DNA from: Escherichia phage phiP4 | Direction: 5' to 3' (one strand) | Sequence record: PP993145.1 | DNA: 64,000 nt | Shown: piece after piece, positions 11,407 through 20,674 of the stretch | How the letters are laid out: the number at the start of each line of letters is the position of its first letter | How positions within the stretch are numbered: the first letter of the stretch is position 1 | The notes under the pieces: generated by a model | Told to the model about the DNA's origin: nothing | Database searches by the model: none | Seen by the model: only the letters and a program-made list of their open reading frames with translations | Made by a program: the position numbers and the translations under genes

Positions 11407-11775
11407 TTACCGTGCTCGAGATTTAGCATGTGGCTTAACGTTAGGAATCCTTCCGTTTTGCGGTTTATGCTTCTCAGCACGTTTACGTGCAGCATCTACA
11501 GCTTTAGCATCAAATATATTGATAATGTGTAGAACAAATTCTTTTTCTATAGGATCAGTAATCCCATAAATATCAAATAAAACACCTAGAGCAGCTTTAT
11601 CTTTGCCTATAAAGATAGGAAAGTCACCCGGTATGAAACAGTCAATTAGACTATTATAAATATTCATACTAATAGCTACAATAGGTGGAAAATCTTCAAG
11701 TTCAACAGGCATAGCTTTAGGATCAGGTTCTATACCCATTGACTCACAAAGTATTAAATATTGTTGTTTAGTCAT
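11407..11775 (-). CDS. Tail assembly chaperone-region protein (122 aa)
   Basis: Occupies the G/GT-equivalent position between the tube-side genes and the tape measure. Its frame is open 29 codons upstream of its ATG, overlapping the end of the preceding ORF. Confidence 0.5.
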   Translation of the reverse strand: MTKQQYLILCESMGIEPDPKAMPVELEDFPPIVAISMNIYNSLIDCFIPGDFPIFIGKDKAALGVLFDIYGITDPIEKEFVLHIINIFDAKAVDAARKRAEKHKPQNGRIPNVKPHAKSRAR

Positions 11776-11836
11776 TTTAGATGCTGAGCTTTTAATACAC
11801 TTATCAGCAAAGTCAGCAACAGCATCTAATAGTTCT

Positions 11837-12241
11837 TTACGCTTTTGAGCTACGAAAAGTGTCTAAGTGGAACACTGTCTGGTTGATCCAAGAATCAAAC
11901 GCAGCAGAGTTCTGCATAAGCATTACAGCATTATCACGGCTAAAAGGAACCTCAGTAGCAGGATCAGCATCTGTTTCAATCAGCATCAGTTTTTCAACGT
12001 CACCTACGGTCAAGCCAGTCCAGCCCTTAATCGCAGCATCAACGAAGGCTTCAATAAACTTATCATCATCCTGTACCTGAATCAAAGTACCGTTAACCCA
12101 TTCGTCACGCTTAGCAGAAGTGATAACTCGCTTAGAAGTAGCACGAGACATATAATTAAGCTCTAGCTTAAAGTTCGGCATACCTGGGTATGAAAGAGTG
12201 ACAGTACGAGTTTCTAGAGTAATATCTTTTAAGTTAATCAT
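11837..12241 (-). CDS. Tail assembly chaperone-region protein (134 aa)
   Basis: Assigned from its position upstream of the tape measure and its small acidic character. ATGA-type coupling with the upstream gene. Confidence 0.5.
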   Translation of the reverse strand: MINLKDITLETRTVTLSYPGMPNFKLELNYMSRATSKRVITSAKRDEWVNGTLIQVQDDDKFIEAFVDAAIKGWTGLTVGDVEKLMLIETDADPATEVPFSRDNAVMLMQNSAAFDSWINQTVFHLDTFRSSKA

Positions 12242-13137
12242 TATTTTCTTTCTCCAAAGAAGTTTATTTCTACAGGATCTGAATCAGCAGTAGGTATTAC
12301 ATCATACTCTACCTGATACAAATCTGAGAAGTTTAGGCGTTTTGAAATACGTGCTAAAGGGAATGTTATAGAAACATATTTATTTTTAATAATTAGGGGA
12401 GTTCTTGTTTCAGGATCTAGATTCAAGAACTTATCTCCTACCAATCTCTTAACGTAATAGAAAGCTAGCGTTGCGGAAGCATTCATTTCATTGACATAAG
12501 CTCGTTTATTAGTATAAACTTTGTTTATATCAAATATACTTCTATCTTCTCTCCAAGAACATTGTTGTTGGAAGGACATAGATGCTGAAATTAATGCCGG
12601 CAGCGGCGCGCTATTAGTATACACAGCTGGGGGACTATACGGAAGTACTTCACCTTGTGTAATTGTATATCCATCACGGAAAGTAGATACTTCAGAGAAT
12701 TTTCCAGACTCAATACCAACATTTAGAATTGGTACACTCTTATCTAGAGAAAAATCAACTGTTGATACATAACAGTTTTCGAAATAAATACAGCTATTAT
12801 TATAATTAATAATATACATATTGAACATAATAGGTTCAATATTGGGAGTATTTCTTGGCAAAAATAAAGAATTCCCCTCACGCGTGAATCCCATCCAATC
12901 AAAGAAATTAGACTCAATAAGCGTAGTACTGAAATTTATTGCCAATGAAATAGATGAAGGATCTTGAGCATTAATAATAGAGTCTGCATAGTTAGTACGA
13001 TTATGGATAGTACGTCTAAGAGTCTTAAACTCTTGAAAAGACGTACTAGCATCATAGTTAGAGAGGGCATCGAAATGATACCCCCTACCATCGTACTCAA
13101 TAACTATTTTAGACTCTCGCATGAGAGAATAAAACAT
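12241..13137 (-). CDS. p140-like tail/collar protein (298 aa)
   Basis: Assigned by synteny immediately downstream of the tail tube gene, from my recollection of T5 gene order. Confidence 0.55.
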   Translation of the reverse strand: MFYSLMRESKIVIEYDGRGYHFDALSNYDASTSFQEFKTLRRTIHNRTNYADSIINAQDPSSISLAINFSTTLIESNFFDWMGFTREGNSLFLPRNTPNIEPIMFNMYIINYNNSCIYFENCYVSTVDFSLDKSVPILNVGIESGKFSEVSTFRDGYTITQGEVLPYSPPAVYTNSAPLPALISASMSFQQQCSWREDRSIFDINKVYTNKRAYVNEMNASATLAFYYVKRLVGDKFLNLDPETRTPLIIKNKYVSITFPLARISKRLNFSDLYQVEYDVIPTADSDPVEINFFGERK

Positions 13138-13141
13138 TTAA

Positions 13142-14533
13142 TTAACCACCTGTTACAGTAATCTGTTTAGTGCCTTTAACTCCGGAACCATCTTTAGCAG
13201 TAGCTTCCACAGTTACTGCACCAGTTTTACTAGCATTTGCTGTTAGTAACCCTGTTGCGCTGATAGTGGCTGCATCACCGGCAGTAATAGCCCAGGTAAC
13301 ATCCTTATTCCTTGCAGAAGAAGGAGTAACTTCAACACTCATCTGAAGAGTTTGTCCAGTCCGAACAGAAGTAGCCTCACCGGCAGATTTAACAGTAATT
13401 GCAGTTACAGCATCAGTAGCACCATCACCATTAACAATCAAGTTATTAATAGTTGTTTTAGTATATTTACTAGAGAAACCTAAGTAACCCTCATCACCAG
13501 CATCTAGGTCTGACGGAATAGCCTTAAACTCTACTGAAGTACCAAGTACATCATCAGTTTCAATAGTAGGAATATTAACGTGGGCTTGTTTAGCTACTAG
13601 AATAGCTGCAGGACGTTCATTATCGTACTCGCCACCAAGTACTAGAGCGATTTCGAAACGATTAACTACCTTCAGAGTTTTGATAAGATCTTTATACAGT
13701 TCCATGGAACCAAGAGATTTATCATTCAGATAAGCAGTTAATGAACCAGTTAATTCAAAAGCACCAGTAAAGGAACCAATTGGAATAGTAACACGGGACA
13801 TTACATTAGGTGTTAAATAAGTAATGTTGTTGTTAATAGTAAAAGTACCACCGGTAATCGGTATGTCATAAGACTTATTGGTATCCATGTCCTTGATCTT
13901 CAAGATCGTTAGTTTGTTCTTAATATAAGAACCCTGGATAGTCATATAAGTTTCATCATCAATACCTAGCTGATCTGGGTCAAATGGGGCGGAATCCAGA
14001 GGAATAAGCTGATTACCATTACCAGACCAAGTTACACGGCCAATATCTTCGATATCAACGTTAACTTCTGCCTGATTAATCTGACAGGAATCAATATAAC
14101 TCCATGCTTTATCAGTCAGAATATAAATATGTAACATTGCTAACTCATGATAGGAGTTATCTTTGAAGTTAACCATGAAGTTAGTTGTGTTATTGTGTGC
14201 CCCTGTATTACCTTCTAAGTTAATAGCTTTACCACTAGAAAGTGCATGCCATAACATATAGTCAGGAACAATTTGTTTGCTAGTAGTTTTATCTTTATAC
14301 GGTAGGATGTAAGTAGAAAAACTCCACTCAGCTGCGTTTAAAGAGTCGTTAAAACGTTTAGAACCACGAGTTGGACGCGGACCAGCTTCATTAACAGTAA
14401 TATCTGTTGAGTTACTGTCCTGACCCCAAGAAATATCATCCTGAACTAGAATCTCTTGCGTGTTGGTCTTATTATGACCAGTCTTAACCGTAGACACGAA
14501 GATTCGAGTATTACGTAATAGTTGTAAAGACAT
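13142..14533 (-). CDS. Major tail tube protein pb6-like (463 aa) with C-terminal Ig-like (Big_2-type) domain
   Basis: Size is close to T5 pb6 (464 aa). The C-terminus TVKSAGEATSVRTGQTLQMSVEVTPSSARNKDVTWAI...ITVTGG is typical of Big_2 decoration domains. Confidence 0.85.
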   Translation of the reverse strand: MSLQLLRNTRIFVSTVKTGHNKTNTQEILVQDDISWGQDSNSTDITVNEAGPRPTRGSKRFNDSLNAAEWSFSTYILPYKDKTTSKQIVPDYMLWHALSSGKAINLEGNTGAHNNTTNFMVNFKDNSYHELAMLHIYILTDKAWSYIDSCQINQAEVNVDIEDIGRVTWSGNGNQLIPLDSAPFDPDQLGIDDETYMTIQGSYIKNKLTILKIKDMDTNKSYDIPITGGTFTINNNITYLTPNVMSRVTIPIGSFTGAFELTGSLTAYLNDKSLGSMELYKDLIKTLKVVNRFEIALVLGGEYDNERPAAILVAKQAHVNIPTIETDDVLGTSVEFKAIPSDLDAGDEGYLGFSSKYTKTTINNLIVNGDGATDAVTAITVKSAGEATSVRTGQTLQMSVEVTPSSARNKDVTWAITAGDAATISATGLLTANASKTGAVTVEATAKDGSGVKGTKQITVTGG

Positions 14534-14559
14534 TTAATTATTTTCTCCTAATCTGTAAC

Positions 14560-15045
14560 TTATCTGCGAAGTGACCTACGTGGAGGCTGATACCTCACTG
14601 TTACATTTATTTCTGCTAAACCATATGGGGCCAGTAGACCCTCATCTGTACTAACTGATGTAATGATCATATCAGTTGCCTCACATGGGAAGGTCGATCC
14701 ATTAGGTTTACTAACAGTATATTCTAAATTTCCACCTGTGTCAATAACGGTTTTTATATCCGCTACGAGTTTTTCAAGTTGCTCTTGAATGTCTGTTTTC
14801 TCTTTATCGTACACCAGGATTGGAAGTTCTAAAAACATCCACTGTTGGCCTGAAGGAAGATACTGCCCAGTTTCAGTTCCGATATGAACTGCCACATAAG
14901 GAAACTCTCGTATTTCCTCAAATTTATAAGTTTGACGAGAAACGTTTCCGTATAGGTTATTAAAATATTCGTCAGGTTGAGAACCATCCATTTGTTTAGA
15001 GATTCGATCAACCATAGCTTGTGCAATACTTGTTCTATGATCCAT
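14560..15045 (-). CDS. Tail terminator/completion protein p142-like (161 aa)
   Basis: 161 aa, the same length as T5 p142, and directly upstream of the tube gene. Confidence 0.65.
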   Translation of the reverse strand: MDHRTSIAQAMVDRISKQMDGSQPDEYFNNLYGNVSRQTYKFEEIREFPYVAVHIGTETGQYLPSGQQWMFLELPILVYDKEKTDIQEQLEKLVADIKTVIDTGGNLEYTVSKPNGSTFPCEATDMIITSVSTDEGLLAPYGLAEINVTVRYQPPRRSLRR

Positions 15046-15048
15046 TTA

Positions 15049-15816
15049 TTAGGTTCCTTGATTAACCTTAATTTTATATCTGGAGTGAATCAGGTCTCTT
15101 GCAGCCTTTGCTATAGCCTCACCAATAAGTTTTTGTGGGTTTCTAGCGCCAGGATAAGGTCGTAGAGATAATCTTCTGTAGGTAGATACTGCCGGATTGA
15201 ACACAGAATATGGACGAGTCATATAATTATATGTTACGTTCAATTCAGGAGAGCCTTTACTGGTTTCAGAATCACGAAGCATAACATCTTTAATTTTTAA
15301 AGAGTTTGCAAAGCGACCGGTCCTAAATTTTAGTGGTGCTCCCGCTTTTTTCATATCCTTTATTAAGTATTCTTTAGCAACTATCTCTAGTATAACTTTC
15401 ATATTGCTATTAGACACAAAACGTCCAGAAGCACCTGTTACTGCACCAGAGTATCCATCTTCAACATCACTAGGATCACCAAAGTTTACCTGCACTCTAC
15501 CAGTAGAACGTTTTTTACCTACTGAGGATTTTTTACCAGCAGTTGCTTGTATTAGGTTTTCTAGAGCACCTAAATCTCCAGAAAGATCTAAACTAGAGGA
15601 TACAGCTTTTAGTATAGAGGCTGTTCTAACATCAAGAAGATCTTGGGATACAGGTTTTGAAAACTTAAAAGATACTTGAGCAACAGTACCATCTCTGGTA
15701 GGATCTTTTAGCCCTGTTTCAACAGAGTATACAACAGTATTCTTATTATTTTCAGATCGTCCTGCAGTATCTAGCTGCTCTTTAATAATTTGTTTAGCTA
15801 GATCGGAAAGAGACAT
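15049..15816 (-). CDS. Head-tail joining (neck) protein p143-like (255 aa)
   Basis: Assigned by synteny between the head and tail modules. Confidence 0.5.
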   Translation of the reverse strand: MSLSDLAKQIIKEQLDTAGRSENNKNTVVYSVETGLKDPTRDGTVAQVSFKFSKPVSQDLLDVRTASILKAVSSSLDLSGDLGALENLIQATAGKKSSVGKKRSTGRVQVNFGDPSDVEDGYSGAVTGASGRFVSNSNMKVILEIVAKEYLIKDMKKAGAPLKFRTGRFANSLKIKDVMLRDSETSKGSPELNVTYNYMTRPYSVFNPAVSTYRRLSLRPYPGARNPQKLIGEAIAKAARDLIHSRYKIKVNQGT

Positions 15817-16328
15817 TATACTCTCCTATATACTTCAATAATAGTACGAATATGCTCTGGAATACCAGACTTAGTGCTATTGAAGGTTACTGTTTCCCCA
15901 CCAATTGTTTTAGCTTGGCGGTAATCTTGTTTGTGCCAATGATCTACTAGCATACATGCTGCAAGTTTGAGATCTTCAGGTATTGGATTGAATCCACCTT
16001 GTGTATACGCTACATCCATATAACCTTCTGGAGGATTAAATTTGAGAAGGATAATACCGTCAGAGTATAGCTTATACTGCTCTGGGTCAATCTCATTATC
16101 GTTAATCGTCACTTTAGTTACGGAGGTAGCAGATGGTGAGCTCAGAAAATATTTTCTACGTGTAGGTTTTGTATTGATTAACTGGTCTACCGCATCAGCA
16201 TCATCCATGCCTAGAAGGCTCGTGATCAGCGCATTGGCAGCAGTAATCATCATTTCTACACCAGATTCTAATTCAGGTCGTTTTAAACCACCATATAATC
16301 TATAATCTTCGGCTGTGATGATTTGCAT
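15816..16328 (-). CDS. Head completion / head-tail adaptor protein p144-like (170 aa)
   Basis: First gene downstream of the major capsid gene, ATGA-coupled to the next gene. Size is typical of gp6-like adaptors. Confidence 0.55.
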   Translation of the reverse strand: MQIITAEDYRLYGGLKRPELESGVEMMITAANALITSLLGMDDADAVDQLINTKPTRRKYFLSSPSATSVTKVTINDNEIDPEQYKLYSDGIILLKFNPPEGYMDVAYTQGGFNPIPEDLKLAACMLVDHWHKQDYRQAKTIGGETVTFNSTKSGIPEHIRTIIEVYRRV

Positions 16329-16339
16329 TTATTTTTCCC

Positions 16340-16368
16340 AATAAAAAAGGAGAGCCGAAGCTCTCCTT
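16340..16368 (-). terminator. Rho-independent terminator after major capsid gene
   Basis: Minus-strand hairpin AAGGAGAGC-TTCG-GCTCTCCTT followed by TTTTTTATTGGG. Confidence 0.7.
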
Positions 16369-16387
16369 ATCGGCTGAAAAGCCTGTA

Positions 16388-17764
16388 TTAAGATGCAGCG
16401 TAAGCACCGGATACAACGCCATTTTCAAAGTAACGTTGCAGGTTAACACGCTGAGTAACGTAGTACGCGTCACGCTGTTTACCAGCTTGGCGCTCACGTT
16501 CAACAGTAACAGCACGCTGACGCGGCATTACGAAGTTATCTTTGTAAACAATAACTGCGAACTCTGCGGAGGTAGCTTTAGCCGGGAAGAACTCAGAAAC
16601 TACAACCGGCAGACCGTAAATACGACCGACCTGACCTTGCAGTTTAACAGCATCATTACCAACCTGGGCAACATCCTGCCATTCTTCATCTTCCAACAGA
16701 TCGTAATAAGCATCCATAGATACGATCAGTACCAGTTTGCTCAGTTTCAGACCATGACGGCCCAGTTTACGACGCAGTTTAGAGATAGTTTTAGCAGTTA
16801 CCAGAACAGAACCATCAGCTTTAGCTTCAGTAATAACTTTAGCACTATCGCCTTCAGCCAGTTTCAGCAGACCTTTCGGCTTACCAGTACCGTCACCAGT
16901 CATAAACGCTTCTTCGATAGAAACAGCGTGTGCTTCAATCAGACGCTTACGCAGCAGCGGTAGCAGGGAGAAGATTGCATCTTCTTCAGTTTCATCAGTA
17001 ATGAAGGACTTAGCAGCCAGTTTATAGGTTTTGAACTGAATTTCAGTCAGAGCACCTTTAACTTCGTTACCAGTAGTAGTGTCAGTACCATATGTATTAG
17101 CATCTACCCAAGTAGCTTTACCAGCATCTGGTTCAACCAGCATAGTAAGAATTTTGCTGGACATTGGTAGCTCTTCAAACAAAGCACCAACTACTAGTTC
17201 TTTCTGCAGGTCACGAATAATACGCTGGGAGAAAATAGTTTCATAGCTTTCACTAGAAACTTCTACTGAAGAGGACTGGTTTACAGTTTTCAGGTGTCTC
17301 TGGCCATGTTCGGTATCAAATACACCTTTTTCCATCACGTAAGACAGAAGAACCAGTTTTTCAACTTCATCTTCAAAGTTTTCCTGAGTACCGTACAGTG
17401 CTTTAGCTACGCTATCACCAACGAAGGAACGACCTTCACGAGCTGCTAGCAGAGATTTAATTTCATCCTGGAGACCAACAATAGTTTCCTGCTGTTTTTC
17501 TACAGTCTGTGCAAACAGTTCTGCGCTCTTTTTAGATTTTTCATCCAGGGATTTAACCAGTTCCAGAGCTTCTTCTAGCTTCTGACGATCTTCGCCAACT
17601 GCTTTAGAAACTAGATCATTCATACGAGCCAGTTCTTTTTCTTCCTGCTCTTTACGCATACGTTCAGCTTCAGCAGCTTTCTGAGCAGCGGTCAGACCTT
17701 CCAGAGATTTAGCCAGATCACCCAGACCAAGTTCTTCTTTCAGCTTATTAATATCAATAGTCAT
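16388..17764 (-). CDS. Major capsid protein precursor pb8-like (458 aa)
   Basis: Its 458 aa equals T5 pb8. It has an N-terminal coiled-coil delta/scaffold-like region (KEQEEKELARMNDL...) followed by an HK97-type body, and high-expression codon usage. Confidence 0.9.
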   Translation of the reverse strand: MTIDINKLKEELGLGDLAKSLEGLTAAQKAAEAERMRKEQEEKELARMNDLVSKAVGEDRQKLEEALELVKSLDEKSKKSAELFAQTVEKQQETIVGLQDEIKSLLAAREGRSFVGDSVAKALYGTQENFEDEVEKLVLLSYVMEKGVFDTEHGQRHLKTVNQSSSVEVSSESYETIFSQRIIRDLQKELVVGALFEELPMSSKILTMLVEPDAGKATWVDANTYGTDTTTGNEVKGALTEIQFKTYKLAAKSFITDETEEDAIFSLLPLLRKRLIEAHAVSIEEAFMTGDGTGKPKGLLKLAEGDSAKVITEAKADGSVLVTAKTISKLRRKLGRHGLKLSKLVLIVSMDAYYDLLEDEEWQDVAQVGNDAVKLQGQVGRIYGLPVVVSEFFPAKATSAEFAVIVYKDNFVMPRQRAVTVERERQAGKQRDAYYVTQRVNLQRYFENGVVSGAYAAS

Positions 17765-17781
17765 TTTTAAATAATTCTCCG

Positions 17782-18414
17782 TTATTCTTTAACGTAGCCT
17801 AAAGCTATCGCAAGTTTTTCTAGTTCAGAAAGATTACGTTCTTGAGCTGGGACAGCTTTAGAACTTATTGCAGTAAAAGATTTACGCCATTCAGTATAAT
17901 CATGACCATTCATGCTCTTAGCGAGATTGAATGTCGAGTCCTGATTACAAGGTACAGAAACTACCGAAACTTCGTATAGTTCTAAATCTTTAATAATAAA
18001 TATATCAGTAGCTTCATCCCACTCTGCATCTAGGCAGCGGAATCCGATACTAAAAGTTTTCAGTACACCGTTTTTAATTAGTGAAAAGATAGCCGGATCA
18101 GAACTTTCATAGATCTCGCATTCGATTTCGAGACCCATTTCAGTAGGGTTAAGATCAATACACTTGCCGATTGGACGACGATGGTCGTGTCCGAAAAGAA
18201 TAATCGGGTTTTTCATGTAGTTAGCAAGTGCATTAGATGTTTTCCATGCCGAAGCAGGGATTACATCACCAGCGCGATCTTTACTAATTGTATTAGCGAA
18301 TCCACGGATTTTTACAACACCCTCTTTGGATTCGCTATCAATAGATTTAATATAAGCATCTAAATGAACCGGTGCTGATTTTAACTTGTTATAGTCAATA
18401 GCAGCTTGTGTCAT
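17782..18414 (-). CDS. Prohead protease pb11-like (210 aa)
   Basis: 210 aa, the same as T5 pb11. It lies between the portal/decoration and capsid genes. Confidence 0.8.
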   Translation of the reverse strand: MTQAAIDYNKLKSAPVHLDAYIKSIDSESKEGVVKIRGFANTISKDRAGDVIPASAWKTSNALANYMKNPIILFGHDHRRPIGKCIDLNPTEMGLEIECEIYESSDPAIFSLIKNGVLKTFSIGFRCLDAEWDEATDIFIIKDLELYEVSVVSVPCNQDSTFNLAKSMNGHDYTEWRKSFTAISSKAVPAQERNLSELEKLAIALGYVKE

Positions 18415-18417
18415 TTA

Positions 18418-18909
18418 TTAGCCTCCAACACCGGGATTAACCGTTACTGTACATGCAGTAGAATCCTTACTAACTTTCTTACTATCTGTTACAGTTACTT
18501 TATAAGCTCCAGAATCCCCAGTAGCTGCTGCAGACTTAGTATAGGTAGCATCTGTAGCATCTGGAATAGGAGCACCATCTTTAGTCCAAGCATAAGTATA
18601 CGGACCAGTGCCACCGGTTGCAGTAACAGAAAGTGTTAACGCTGCTCCCTCTTCAACAGACATGCTAGCAGCTAAATCCTTGGAAAGAGTTAAGGGTGGA
18701 GCAGGCGGAGCAGGAGGAACTGCTGCACCATAAGCCTCTACAAATTTCTTCCATACTTTACGGTTAGTATGCGCAGATGAAAGTCCTAGTTCTCTACGCA
18801 GAAAAGCATAGCTAGGAACATATTTATGCGCAGCAACCGTAGCAAAGAAGATATGAGATTCTGGCAGTTTTTCACCAAAAATGGCCTTTAGACCACTATA
18901 ATCAATCAT
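18418..18909 (-). CDS. Capsid decoration protein pb10-like (163 aa) with C-terminal Ig-like domain
   Basis: Size is close to T5 pb10 (164 aa). The C-terminus LTLSVTATGGTGPYTYAWTKDGAPI...YKVTVTD is an Ig-like motif. Confidence 0.75.
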   Translation of the reverse strand: MIDYSGLKAIFGEKLPESHIFFATVAAHKYVPSYAFLRRELGLSSAHTNRKVWKKFVEAYGAAVPPAPPAPPLTLSKDLAASMSVEEGAALTLSVTATGGTGPYTYAWTKDGAPIPDATDATYTKSAAATGDSGAYKVTVTDSKKVSKDSTACTVTVNPGVGG

Positions 18910-20123
18910 TCTTTATCTCCCTCGGTGGAACCTTGAGGTCTACCACCTTCTTGACCGGATACACCTGTTGCAGAACCAGCAACGTTAGCAGGAATACGAA
19001 TCTTATTCATCTGCTCATCATCTAAAGGTTCAAGGTTCAGCTCTAAACGAGCTTCATTACCAGTTATAATACCATTATTAACCAATGAGGTTAAATGTTT
19101 AGCCTCAGATTCTTTATCTGGTGTTAATGCAGCTACTTCCTTAGTATTAGGAGTAATCTTATAACCAAAAAAGAAAGTAAGAGAACTAGTCAGTTTGTTC
19201 AGCATAGGGATGATAGTCATGTAATAGAACAGCTCGATATTTGGTCGAATGTTCGCATTATTACCACCATCAAGTAGCACTTGCGGAACACCAAAGGCTA
19301 GACAGATGGATTTATTAAATCCTTCAATGTCTTCCTTAAAGTCTAGATCTTTAAAAGAGGATATTTGGGAGTACGGTTTAGCTTTCATACCACCATCTAG
19401 AATCAGGACAGAGGACTGACCAGTACTAGGATTATAATCTAGTTGTAATTCTTCTTGTTTACGCTCACGCAATTTCTTGTTCAGGATTTCATCCGTCTCA
19501 AGAATAAGACCAATCACGGTTCCGTTATCAAGGAATTTCTCTTTAAAGTTAAGCATCTTAGAACGCTTCTCAAGAGAATCAATAACAGTAGCAACACGAG
19601 ATTGTCCAGAAATTTGAGAATTTGTGCCACACACGTAACTGTTATCCTTTATAAAGATAATCTCATCTACGCGATAGTCTATCTGATTATTAAATATAAA
19701 TTTTTTGATAAACTTATTGGCATCTGCCTCTACTTGCACTAGTGCAGCAGGGACATGGTAAAGTGCTGTGCCATCCCAATAGATGTATGCACAACCTTCA
19801 AAAAGTAGGTCAGTGACTACAAGTCTACGGAATGTGCTTATATCCATGAATGGATTAGGTCGTACATTTAAGAGAGTGTCTAGAGTCTTTGTCTTGATGC
19901 CATTAGCATACGTGACAATATTATATTTATCTCCGACAGTATAAGAACACTCCGCCGCACTATCTATAACCATATTAGCAGTTCTATTGAGAATCTCAAT
20001 TTTACTGTAGGCTTGTCCAGTGGTAAAAGGCTTACGGTTAGTGCGATGACTAACTGGTTCCATGTCTCTTATAATACGTTGACCCGGATTTAGCTTTTCA
20101 GTAATCCAGCTTTTAAAACCCAT
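18906..20123 (-). CDS. Portal protein pb7-like (405 aa)
   Basis: Size and position match T5 pb7 (~403 aa). It lies between the terminase/HNH genes and the head genes. Confidence 0.85.
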   Translation of the reverse strand: MGFKSWITEKLNPGQRIIRDMEPVSHRTNRKPFTTGQAYSKIEILNRTANMVIDSAAECSYTVGDKYNIVTYANGIKTKTLDTLLNVRPNPFMDISTFRRLVVTDLLFEGCAYIYWDGTALYHVPAALVQVEADANKFIKKFIFNNQIDYRVDEIIFIKDNSYVCGTNSQISGQSRVATVIDSLEKRSKMLNFKEKFLDNGTVIGLILETDEILNKKLRERKQEELQLDYNPSTGQSSVLILDGGMKAKPYSQISSFKDLDFKEDIEGFNKSICLAFGVPQVLLDGGNNANIRPNIELFYYMTIIPMLNKLTSSLTFFFGYKITPNTKEVAALTPDKESEAKHLTSLVNNGIITGNEARLELNLEPLDDEQMNKIRIPANVAGSATGVSGQEGGRPQGSTEGDKE

Positions 20124-20560
20124 TATAAGAACCTTGCGAATCCTGATTTTGTTTCAGTCTTGACTTGTGTCTTTTCTTGAGGATTCTGTAATTTGTCTTT
20201 CTGCTTTTGAACCCACACTTTTTGCTTATTAGCAGAAAATAAGGGAGGTTCTTTTGTGTAAACCTTATGTAATAATTGGTGATGGTGTACACAAAGGGTA
20301 ACAGTGTCTTCTACTAGCTCATGCCTATATCGATCATAGAATGCCGTCCTATTTGAGAGGACTGTTTCTTCGTCAGTGAAATCCAATTGGAGTTCTTTAG
20401 CAAATTTTTTAACTAGTAGAGACACCGTATGGTAATGATGAAGTTCTAATTCTTCAGCACAACCGCAGATAGCACATTGAGAGTCTTTTTTATATTGACT
20501 TTTTATTCCGTCTCTCATAAGGGATATAGCATCGCGTTTATATTTTACATTGCTTGCCAT
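20123..20560 (-). CDS. HNH-family endonuclease (146 aa from the SD-preceded ATG at 20560; ORF track gives 20647)
   Basis: Motifs CAICG...ELHHYH...CVHHHQLLH fit the HNH/zinc-finger pattern. GAGGAGAACACTATG precedes the start. Located between TerL and portal, a common terminase-associated HNH position. Confidence 0.65.
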   Translation of the reverse strand: MASNVKYKRDAISLMRDGIKSQYKKDSQCAICGCAEELELHHYHTVSLLVKKFAKELQLDFTDEETVLSNRTAFYDRYRHELVEDTVTLCVHHHQLLHKVYTKEPPLFSANKQKVWVQKQKDKLQNPQEKTQVKTETKSGFARFL

Positions 20561-20586
20561 AGTGTTCTCCTCAACTGTATGAATAT

Positions 20587-20615
20587 AGTATACATAATCG
20601 TATCGAATTTGTAAA
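20587..20615 (-). promoter_or_regulatory. Candidate sigma70 promoter upstream of HNH/portal genes (-35 TTTACA, 17 bp, -10 TATACT)
   Basis: The reverse complement reads TTTACAaattcgatacgattatgTATACT. Confidence 0.4.
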
Positions 20616-20621
20616 GGGGAT

Positions 20622-20661
20622 TTTAAAATGCAGGAATGGGATACCAACTGAGTAGTATCCC
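20622..20661 (-). terminator. Hairpin/terminator after terL
   Basis: Minus-strand stem GGGATAC...GTATCCC followed by ATTCCTGCATTTT. Confidence 0.45.
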
Positions 20662-20674
20662 ATCCTATACTTAT

